A stretch of 64,000 nt of DNA, taken from IMG/VR virus record IMGVR_UViG_3300027798_003516, positions 1 to 64,000 of that record. One strand, 5' to 3'. The DNA is from a virus. The notes under the pieces are model-generated. The model was given only the letters and a program-made list of their open reading frames with translations. It was not told the DNA's origin and ran no database searches. How positions within the stretch are numbered: the stretch's first letter is position 1; the number at the start of each line of letters is the position of its first letter. A program made the position numbers and the translations under genes. Positions 56,754 to 64,000 of the stretch are shown here, one piece after another.

Positions 56754-57203
56754 TCAACCGTTTAGTCTGTCTTTTAACAAGTCTCCTAGGCTCAACTGTG
56801 GGTTTTCTGCCACAGTCACGCCCTCTACGAACAAATCTACGCTCTCGCTGTAGTAGCCATTGCTTTCACCCAACCAACGCACATCCACATAACCCTTGCG
56901 GGTTGCGAACTTGTAGAAAGTATAAGAATAGCTCTCATAGTGCTCTTCGTCTGGCTCTGTGGCACCGGCCACTTCTTCGGCCATCAACAAAGGAGAGCCA
57001 ACCAGGTCCTGCAAGTCACCCACAATGTCGTTGATGCGTACTGTCTCGCAACAATCCTGACAATGAGCAAACATGAACCGTTCGCCTTGTGCAGTTTCGA
57101 ACAGCATCTCGTCACCATCCACAGAGCCAGTGACACGGACAAAGGTCCGACCTATCATCTGCGCCAGGCCCTTTTGGGTGTTTACTATGTTGTCATAATT
57201 CAT
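56754..57203 (-). CDS. phage hypothetical protein
   Basis: H.QDCCE...RWLGESNGYYSE. Confidence 0.65.
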   Translation of the reverse strand: MNYDNIVNTQKGLAQMIGRTFVRVTGSVDGDEMLFETAQGERFMFAHCQDCCETVRINDIVGDLQDLVGSPLLMAEEVAGATEPDEEHYESYSYTFYKFATRKGYVDVRWLGESNGYYSESVDLFVEGVTVAENPQLSLGDLLKDRLNG

Positions 57204-57235
57204 ATTGTGTTCCTTGTTTTTTGTTTCATGCCACT

Positions 57236-57306
57236 ATTGTAGCAAACTTCGGTCCACTTGTCAACCGTTTTTGTGTTGTATTTTTACAACGGAAAAGTAG
57301 TGCTTT
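57236..57306 (-). promoter_or_regulatory. early promoter plus two palindromic motifs
   Basis: CGG-TTGACA-17-TACAAT; TGTTGTA-TTTT-TACAAC (57274) and AAAGTAGTGCTTT, both also present at 373-407. Confidence 0.7.
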
Positions 57307-57326
57307 TAGTTGCAATAAATAACCCT

Positions 57327-57992
57327 ATGAATCCCAGTACTTTACCCGCACTTACAGCAGAGCAAACACAGGCATTAATTTCTTGCTTTGAAAACAATCA
57401 ACAATTGCAAGAATATCCAGGTAGACGATTTGCACTAGATCTTGCTCCAGCATTAGAAATTGTTGCTCCAATTATTAACAGCGTACTGGGCACAGGCACT
57501 TGGGAAGTCACAGGCGGCAACTTTTTTGAAACAGATACAGGATATCGTGTTCACGCAGACACAGGCAAGGAAGGTCCAGACAGAGTACTGCAAACTTTTG
57601 TGTTTCCTTTGAGTATTACTGCCAAGCCCGATGTTGTGCCAAACTTAGAGAGAGTTAGGTTTCTTGTACTAAATCAAACATGGGCAGGTGATGCCGCTTT
57701 CTTTTTACGAGGCAGTCCAGACGAACCAAGTGAATATAATATTGTAGTCAAAGACTACAGAGATGTTGGTAATCGTGATGACAACTTGACCATTGATGGT
57801 GTATTAATCAATGAATGTCCGCATCTAATTCCCAGTAACTTTGTTGGACTATCAGTGGACAAAAACTTTCAATGGATACCCGGCATACCGATGACATTCC
57901 CTAGAAACAGACTGCATGTCAGTTCAGCATTTCCAAGACAAGGTGTTGCTAAAAAACTTGGCCTAAGTATATTCACATCAAAGAAACTATGA
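57327..57992 (+). CDS. Fe(II)/2OG oxygenase-like protein
   Basis: VHAD...FPRNRLHVS...K; ATG 5 nt after ATAAATA. Confidence 0.6.
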   Translation: MNPSTLPALTAEQTQALISCFENNQQLQEYPGRRFALDLAPALEIVAPIINSVLGTGTWEVTGGNFFETDTGYRVHADTGKEGPDRVLQTFVFPLSITAKPDVVPNLERVRFLVLNQTWAGDAAFFLRGSPDEPSEYNIVVKDYRDVGNRDDNLTIDGVLINECPHLIPSNFVGLSVDKNFQWIPGIPMTFPRNRLHVSSAFPRQGVAKKLGLSIFTSKKL

Positions 57993-58951
57993 AAAAAATT
58001 ATTGAAATTAAGCGCACCGAAGATACAATTACCTTTTATTGGAAGCTGACAGATTATTGCAATTATGCATGTAGCTATTGTAGTCCAACATTACACGAAG
58101 GTAAGGACTACTATGCCAATCGGTTATCAAGCGATCAACTTATTAGAGCATTTTTAGACCGTCTGCCATCTATCAAGGGAGATAAAAAATTAATTGTTTG
58201 TTTAACAGGTGGTGAACCAACGACTCATCCTTTATTTGGTGAGATAGTTGAAAAAATTCAAAGCATTGGTGGATATGTTGATATAATTACTAACGGTAGT
58301 CGACCAGTTGGTTGGTGGAAAAAATTGCCAAGTTTACCAACTTTCAACATTATATCTTTACATCCTGAATATTCCAACTTGGCAAAAATTAATGAGTTGG
58401 CATTGTACCTTGACAGTCAAAAAGTATCGTTGAGATTTAATTTATGTGCTGATCCTGCAAATTGGGATTGGGTCAAATCTGTCTACGACCATCTTGATCC
58501 ATCCCTGCATAACGCTATAATTTGTAAAGTTCTAACAAGGCACAGGCACGAAGTTGATCCTCAGCATATTAATGGTCAACTGTATGATTACACTAAAGAA
58601 CAAATGGATTTTATTAAGGCTAGGAGTTCATATCGCAGGGCTGAACGAAATCCAGGGGATAATAGTATTGGATATTACGAAGATGGTACTTCGTTTAAAG
58701 TAAGTCCAATAATGCTAACATCAAACAATAACCATAAATTTTATGGTTGGGAATGTTCAGCTGGGCAGACTGGATTTGTAATAGCAGGCGATGGAAAAAT
58801 TTATGCAGGAATTTGCGAAATGAAATGGTTAGGATACATTGATAATTTCCAACCAATGACAGAGCCAGTTAAATGTAAAATTCTGTTTTGCAAATGTCCA
58901 TCGGACATAATGCTTAATAAGAAAAAGGTTACATTGTCCCAGGGTCAGTAA
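57989..58951 (+). CDS. radical SAM enzyme with twitch/SPASM-like C-terminus
   Basis: CNYACSYC, GGEPT, TNGS, CSAG...C...CKILFCKC. Confidence 0.88.
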   Translation: MKKIIEIKRTEDTITFYWKLTDYCNYACSYCSPTLHEGKDYYANRLSSDQLIRAFLDRLPSIKGDKKLIVCLTGGEPTTHPLFGEIVEKIQSIGGYVDIITNGSRPVGWWKKLPSLPTFNIISLHPEYSNLAKINELALYLDSQKVSLRFNLCADPANWDWVKSVYDHLDPSLHNAIICKVLTRHRHEVDPQHINGQLYDYTKEQMDFIKARSSYRRAERNPGDNSIGYYEDGTSFKVSPIMLTSNNNHKFYGWECSAGQTGFVIAGDGKIYAGICEMKWLGYIDNFQPMTEPVKCKILFCKCPSDIMLNKKKVTLSQGQ

Positions 58952-59576
58952 AGCCCATGTCTGCCAAAGCCCAGGCACGCTCTACACAATTGTAACATTC
59001 ACCACAGCGTCCTTGAGTAAGGGCTGTGCAACTGTGTGTGATTTCAATCAGTGACCATACATCAAACGCTTCATACAAATCTAAGGTATGACGCTTGTCT
59101 AATAAGGCAAATGGGCAGGTTGTTGTAACTATGCCAACTTTGTTGGTGTATTCAATACGATCAGGTCTGCCCGGATATTCGCCCGGCATGGGCACAGGAG
59201 GATGTCGTTGACTACCATAGAAGATGTGTTCAATACCATGTTTAATTCTAGCATCTCGTTCACCGGTATTTGTTTGCTCACTGTGGTGAACTGTTGGATC
59301 ACCAACCATGATGGGCTGGGGAATGTCTAAGCCCAACATTTCGTTTACCCGAGTAACAATAGGACCTGCATAATCCCAAGCCCCATCTGTGCGCGGCACA
59401 CACAGAGTAATTAATTCATGTTTGCTTTTTGCCAGCTTCCATTCTGTTGCCAACAGATATAGTAAGATGGCACTATCTGCGCCACCTGATACCATTACAC
59501 CAATGCGCTGATGCTGTGGTGGCAATTCAATTTTAATTTCACGCTTGTCGTCTTTGGGTCCAGCTGTTATAATCAT
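58929..59576 (-). CDS. queC: QueC-like PP-loop ATPase
   Basis: SGGADS and THSC...CGECYNC.ER zinc motif. Confidence 0.7.
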   Translation of the reverse strand: MIITAGPKDDKREIKIELPPQHQRIGVMVSGGADSAILLYLLATEWKLAKSKHELITLCVPRTDGAWDYAGPIVTRVNEMLGLDIPQPIMVGDPTVHHSEQTNTGERDARIKHGIEHIFYGSQRHPPVPMPGEYPGRPDRIEYTNKVGIVTTTCPFALLDKRHTLDLYEAFDVWSLIEITHSCTALTQGRCGECYNCVERAWALADMGFTDPGTM

Positions 59577-59577
59577 A

Positions 59578-60321
59578 TCAATGTCTATGTTGTAAATGTT
59601 TCAGCACCCGGTTTACATTCTCCGCTGTAAACGGTACATTAAGTATCAAGTGCCACGAATCATTGGCCCATGAAACTGTTCTGTGTGTTTTACGAGTGTT
59701 TACATAATACACACGACCCAGTTCAATGTTTAATTTTTTATCATCCTGCCACCAATCGTATTCTAATGGTCCACAGTTCTTCAAGAACGCCACCAGGCGA
59801 AAGCAAGGGCGCGGCATGCCTGGATGGTCTCTGTGTGGCACAAAATACCCGCCAATGCCCGAGTTGACAATGAATGTTCTGCCCAAAGGATTCCATTCAT
59901 CTAGGAAATCTTTTAAACTATCAAGCCCAGGATGTGCTTGGTCACAGTCTTGGTACAATTGCGTAGGAACACAAAACTCATGCTCAAATGGTACTCGTCC
60001 CAATTTGTTTGTTGCTTCTGGAATGCTGGGAGGACTGCGATGGTCCCAACCTGGGATAGTTGTAAGTGTCATTGACCGACGATTATTTGGGCGGTCTGTT
60101 CTTGGAAGGTAATCTACCCAATCTGTGCTGTATTTTTCTGTAATTATCTTGTCAATGCTGTGTGCATCCAGGTGCCAATCTAACGGCTCAAAGTCCCCCA
60201 GTTGCAACAATGCCAGTTCTGCGGCCACTAATTCTGGACGCATAATGCCCATACCTTGTCGGCTTCCACTGACTCCGTCACCAACAACTGCGTTTGGATT
60301 ATTTTGATTGAATAAGCTCAT
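59578..60321 (-). CDS. Fe(II)/2OG oxygenase (AspH-like)
   Basis: PHRD...GRVYYVNTRKTH...HLILN. Confidence 0.7.
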   Translation of the reverse strand: MSLFNQNNPNAVVGDGVSGSRQGMGIMRPELVAAELALLQLGDFEPLDWHLDAHSIDKIITEKYSTDWVDYLPRTDRPNNRRSMTLTTIPGWDHRSPPSIPEATNKLGRVPFEHEFCVPTQLYQDCDQAHPGLDSLKDFLDEWNPLGRTFIVNSGIGGYFVPHRDHPGMPRPCFRLVAFLKNCGPLEYDWWQDDKKLNIELGRVYYVNTRKTHRTVSWANDSWHLILNVPFTAENVNRVLKHLQHRH

Positions 60322-60396
60322 GCAAATAGTTATCTATTCTACACAACCATGCAAGATCTAAATGTCTACTATAAATACTACTGTCGGGAGGATTCT

Positions 60397-61125
60397 ATGA
60401 CACGTCAGGCTTTTAATTGGTCCGCATTGGATCGCGATACATTGTACTCAATGCTTTACAGCCTCAAACCAGAGATTGTAGACAAACGCTTGCCTATAGG
60501 TGAAATTACTCGACAGTTAAGTAAGCATATTAAAGCACACCTTCCAATCAAAGTAGTCAGTCATAGACACAAGCCCGTTAAACCAGGCGAAATTTGGATA
60601 GGTGGCGCCTATTACAGTGACGATGACAAACAAGGAAAGAAGCGATTCATTGAAGTTGAATTGGCGTTTCCTACAGACACTAAAACTATGAAAACCAGTT
60701 CATATCGTTGGGAACGCATTTGCACACTTTTTGCAGATACAATACTACACGAAATCATACACACACGTCAATATCGTGCTAGAAATTTTAAAGATCTCCC
60801 AGGTTATGAAAGCACTGCTTATTATGCCAAGGATCGTGCATGGCAAGAGTACTATGGCCACAGAGACGAAATAGGTGCCCACTCATTTAACCTGGCGCAG
60901 GACATGATTGATAAGTTTGACTTTGATCCAAAGGCCATACGAGAATACTTAGATTCAAAAGTTCCAAAACGAGTTTGCCCCAACAGTTGGGGACGATTTA
61001 TGAAATCTTTTGCATACGATCACGCTCATCCAAAAGTACACCAAATGAAGCATAAAATTATGACTCAATTAGAAAATGCGTACCACGGCAAGCCATTCAA
61101 AACATCAAATTATTTGACTTATTAA
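60397..61125 (+). CDS. HExxH zinc metallopeptidase-like protein
   Basis: ILHEIIH.RQ...DEIGAH; GGAGG RBS. Confidence 0.65.
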   Translation: MTRQAFNWSALDRDTLYSMLYSLKPEIVDKRLPIGEITRQLSKHIKAHLPIKVVSHRHKPVKPGEIWIGGAYYSDDDKQGKKRFIEVELAFPTDTKTMKTSSYRWERICTLFADTILHEIIHTRQYRARNFKDLPGYESTAYYAKDRAWQEYYGHRDEIGAHSFNLAQDMIDKFDFDPKAIREYLDSKVPKRVCPNSWGRFMKSFAYDHAHPKVHQMKHKIMTQLENAYHGKPFKTSNYLTY

Positions 61126-61131
61126 ATAAGC

Positions 61132-62031
61132 CTATATTAATTCTAAGCCCGGAATTACATCACCATCTATTAGCATGTCTTTGGGATGTTTTTTGCCAAA
61201 GAATTCATTTTGTGTCCAGTTGCCAGACTGTTCATCAAAATCCCACCAACAGCTAAATCCCAACATCAAATGTATTCTAAGCTTGGGCACCTTTTGTGTT
61301 GCATACGCTCTATGTAGTACATGGGTATCCCAACTGTATGCATATCCTACTTCTAAGTGTTCGGGTGCATGTCCTTGTTGTTCTAATAGAAAAATTGGAT
61401 CAGTGTACAACGGGATATTGACTCTCAAATTTTCAAACATACTTTCATCTCGGTGCCATGTGACGCCAGCATAGTTGTCATCGCCAACTGGACCTTCTTG
61501 CTCTGCATAAATGATACGAACTGCTGACCGAACCATTGTGCGTTTGCAAGTATCTAAGAATTTTCCCAAGTGCCCATATTTGCTTGCTGGAGTACGATAG
61601 CTTAGAGCATAAGTGTCATAATGTGAATTTCTCTTAGAGAAAATTTGACTACTTTTTTTATCCAATAAACTAAATGGGTTTGTTATTCCTGTTGCAGGTT
61701 TAGGATTACCTTGCACTTGTTGGTGTATGTCAGCTTCTTTTAAATCGTTGTGAGTTGGATTATATGTTAGTCCAATGCCACCGTATCCTGCATCAAGCCG
61801 GAGTTCGTCTTCAACATTCCTGCCAAGCCTATAATTCCACTGTCCGTATATTTCCATTGTCTTGTTGGTGTCGGCCAGTAATTGATCTAAGTCAAGACTT
61901 GGCATGGTCAATTTAATCAATGGAGATTGATTAACAGCGCAACAAGTGCTTTGTATAAAAGCAGATATCCTATTCAATGAGCTTGCAATTGGTTCATCGC
62001 TGGGTAGCGTATCACGATTCAATGTTAACAT
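61132..62031 (-). CDS. Fe(II)/2OG oxygenase (AspH-like)
   Basis: WHRD...RVNIPL...WDTHVLH...RIHL. Confidence 0.72.
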   Translation of the reverse strand: MLTLNRDTLPSDEPIASSLNRISAFIQSTCCAVNQSPLIKLTMPSLDLDQLLADTNKTMEIYGQWNYRLGRNVEDELRLDAGYGGIGLTYNPTHNDLKEADIHQQVQGNPKPATGITNPFSLLDKKSSQIFSKRNSHYDTYALSYRTPASKYGHLGKFLDTCKRTMVRSAVRIIYAEQEGPVGDDNYAGVTWHRDESMFENLRVNIPLYTDPIFLLEQQGHAPEHLEVGYAYSWDTHVLHRAYATQKVPKLRIHLMLGFSCWWDFDEQSGNWTQNEFFGKKHPKDMLIDGDVIPGLELI

Positions 62032-63032
62032 TTGGGTATAAAATCCTTATACTTTTGGTAGCTGGGCTCAATGGCTTTAATCCAATCATAAACTTTGGGG
62101 CGACCTTTGATTGCCATTATAATTTTTGGTTTGGCCAAGTCGGCTCCGTGCAAAAATGCGCCATTATTAAAAACAAAGGTGTTGGTGTCTTTGGGCAATT
62201 CAACATACATCTTCTGCTGTTGTGTGATTCGTTCTGCTTTGACTCCGTATGCACCTTTATTGCGAGTTGTGATGCTGGCTGGGTTGAACTCTGCAGTTCT
62301 TTTTGGCCATCGGCTCATCCAAAATGTTGCTTGTTCATTGGTGTCCCACAGCATGATACGCAGGCTATCTGGCCATGGATATATAACAGCATCTGGATCA
62401 AAGTGCGGAGCAACTTCATTGATATTTGCCCAAAGCACAATTTTTTCTATGCTGTGAAAAGGAAGGCAATTTCTAATTTGCTCAAACATCTTAGGAAAGT
62501 GCATACTCCAGTCGTCAACAACTGTATTGCTATAATTAAACATTGTTGTATTGATCGCAGGATTTAACCAACAGCACAGTCCTTTCCAGTATTGCGTTTC
62601 ATTTAGGCCGCGAGTGATATCTGCATTTTTTTCATCCCATAGCTTCCAAAATAAATCCCAATCATCGGGTTCAATGCGTGGAATATCAAGTGGGATATAA
62701 GGAACTGAGGTCCATTTAGGATCTAAGGTGCTTGCTATTTCTGGCCAGGCCTGTGGGCTGATGTGTGTTAGAAAACCCAAATCCAGGTCGGCATCAACTT
62801 GCATAACCCTGGGACCAATTTTTGCATAATTACCCCAGGGTTGGCTTCCGTTCATCAATGTAAAACCCAATGCTGGATCAAGTGCCACCCAATATTCTGT
62901 GTCACCATCATTGACATCACCGGGAGGCAATGCGTTTGGCAATGCAAATTGTGTTTTGCCAGTTAGGCGCAGAGTTTTACGGTCAGCTTCGGCCCAAAGG
63001 ATTCTTCTTGTTGGAATAAGTTGCGTTGTCAT
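62025..63032 (-). CDS. Fe(II)/2OG oxygenase-like protein with extra N-terminal domain
   Basis: PHFD...NNGAFLHGA...K. Confidence 0.62.
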   Translation of the reverse strand: MTTQLIPTRRILWAEADRKTLRLTGKTQFALPNALPPGDVNDGDTEYWVALDPALGFTLMNGSQPWGNYAKIGPRVMQVDADLDLGFLTHISPQAWPEIASTLDPKWTSVPYIPLDIPRIEPDDWDLFWKLWDEKNADITRGLNETQYWKGLCCWLNPAINTTMFNYSNTVVDDWSMHFPKMFEQIRNCLPFHSIEKIVLWANINEVAPHFDPDAVIYPWPDSLRIMLWDTNEQATFWMSRWPKRTAEFNPASITTRNKGAYGVKAERITQQQKMYVELPKDTNTFVFNNGAFLHGADLAKPKIIMAIKGRPKVYDWIKAIEPSYQKYKDFIPKC

Positions 63033-63051
63033 GCTAATAGTTATGACAAAT

Positions 63052-63663
63052 TTAGATGACTGCGTTGTTCAATGCTTGTTCTATCTCAACCCAATCGTTG
63101 AATTTCCTGACAGATATATCAGAAAAGTCCAGGTTCCACGGTTGTTTGATCATGTATGTTGCATGCCCAGCTTGAGCACTGATTCGGGCTGTGGATTCTG
63201 TACTAGTAACGCAGACCGCATATTCGTGTTCTTTGAACAGCGGATATAAATTGGCGGTTCTGCCAACCACATACAATTCCTTGAACACACCGGGCATGAT
63301 TAATTCTAAGTTTGCTCTACGCAATATTGCACGACTCATTTCATTGCTGGACTTGGTGTACCCAATGATGACCCAACCTGCCGCGGCCAATTTTGGTAGT
63401 ATTTGTTCTGCACCCATCATTGGATACAATGCGCCCCATTGCCAAGTACGCTCACAGAATTCACTCATCCAAAGGTCTGCTAAATCATCTGGAATATTCA
63501 ACCAGTGGCCCAGTGTTTCTCTGTTGGTAATTCGATTGCCTGCAACACCTTTGAGTCGATTTAAGCTAGCAAGCCAACGAACAAATGCTGTTAATGTGTC
63601 AAGGCAAGTATCATCTATGTCGATGATTAATTTGCGAGGTAGTTCTTCATCCTGCAAGTTCAA
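63052..63663 (-). CDS. HAD-family nucleotidase-like protein (start uncertain)
   Basis: IDIDDT...QPWN...DW; motif IV degenerate. Confidence 0.65.
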   Translation of the reverse strand: MNLQDEELPRKLIIDIDDTCLDTLTAFVRWLASLNRLKGVAGNRITNRETLGHWLNIPDDLADLWMSEFCERTWQWGALYPMMGAEQILPKLAAAGWVIIGYTKSSNEMSRAILRRANLELIMPGVFKELYVVGRTANLYPLFKEHEYAVCVTSTESTARISAQAGHATYMIKQPWNLDFSDISVRKFNDWVEIEQALNNAVI

Positions 63664-63958
63664 CGCTGACCCCAAGCGGGTGACCATTGGTGCGAGCAAT
63701 CTGTGTAGATTCCATGGCCTTCTGTTCAGCTACTTCAAACGAATAAATTCCAGCTGTGCCTTTGCCAAGCTGATGTACCTGCAACATGATTGCAACTGCG
63801 CCTTCTTGTGAATGATGGAATATAACTTTTAACAATTCTATAACAAATTCCATTGGTGTGCTGTTGTCGTTTAAAATGACCACGCGGAATCTTTCTGGTT
63901 CTTTGACTCCAATGATGTTTTCAGTCTTGTTAATAGTTTCGGTAGCAGTATCTGACAT
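63647..63958 (-). CDS. clpS: Clp protease adaptor ClpS
   Basis: VVILNDNSTPMEFVI...MLQVH..GKG..G.Y..EVAEQK...HPL. Confidence 0.93.
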   Translation of the reverse strand: MSDTATETINKTENIIGVKEPERFRVVILNDNSTPMEFVIELLKVIFHHSQEGAVAIMLQVHQLGKGTAGIYSFEVAEQKAMESTQIARTNGHPLGVSVELAG

Positions 63959-64000
63959 TTTTTATGTTCCGTGTTAGTCACTATATTTAGTGTGGGCAAG

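Noticed and set aside
57989-58951. Calling the radical SAM gene next to queC-like as queE
   Set aside because: It lacks the QueE N-terminal QGEG motif, has an extra Cys-rich C-terminal domain and is convergent with queC-like.
1-64000. Many 60-210 aa ORFs antisense to recognisable genes (e.g. 12858-13472, 23662-24291, 61977-62567, 63191-63811)
   Set aside because: They overlap motif-supported genes on the opposite strand and lack RBS or motifs; shadow ORFs.
1-64000. Stop-codon reassignment as in some large phages
   Set aside because: Known proteins are full length in the standard code, and TAA, TGA and TAG all end genes at sensible positions.
1-64000. Bacterial chromosome or prophage interpretation based on iscS, clpA, def and dctP
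   Set aside because: These genes are interleaved with tail fibres, a clamp loader, T4-like late promoters and dense small ORFs, outside their normal operons; no integrase or att site is seen.

Overview
This window is part of a large T4-like (jumbo-type) dsDNA phage genome: densely packed, mostly minus-strand, standard genetic code. Host-like genes (iscS, a Tim44-domain protein, TctC/Bug and DctP binding proteins, a phasin-like gene) suggest an aquatic betaproteobacterial host; this is inference. Contents: (i) a tail/virion block with collagen-like and repeat-rich fibres plus an S8 protease; (ii) a proteostasis/translation set (clpA, clpS, def, dnaJ, groES, infA); (iii) replication and nucleotide genes (clamp loader, a stand-alone DnaE fragment, dCMP deaminase, two HAD nucleotidases, exonuclease, uvsE, phoH); (iv) Fe-S supply (iscS, erpA) and 7-deazapurine-type genes (queD, queC-like). 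Most unusual: about 13 dispersed tailoring enzymes (8 Fe(II)/2OG-type oxygenases, a Rieske oxygenase, 2 radical SAM, 2 PP-loop ATPases), many with a T4-late-like TAA(A/C)TA box 4-5 nt before the ATG, implying leaderless late transcripts, and a 4-member family of small paralogues near some of them. Non-coding candidates: a ~215-nt folded RNA with five UUUGA repeats directly after a coiled-coil gene; a ~92-nt RNA between a 29-aa peptide and a radical SAM gene; a preQ1-I-like pseudoknot before queD; a PhaR-type operator on the phasin-like promoter; and hairpins combining terminator, late promoter and RBS. No tRNA, rRNA, CRISPR array, integrase or reverse transcriptase was recognised. All calls come from reading motifs by eye; no database searches were run.
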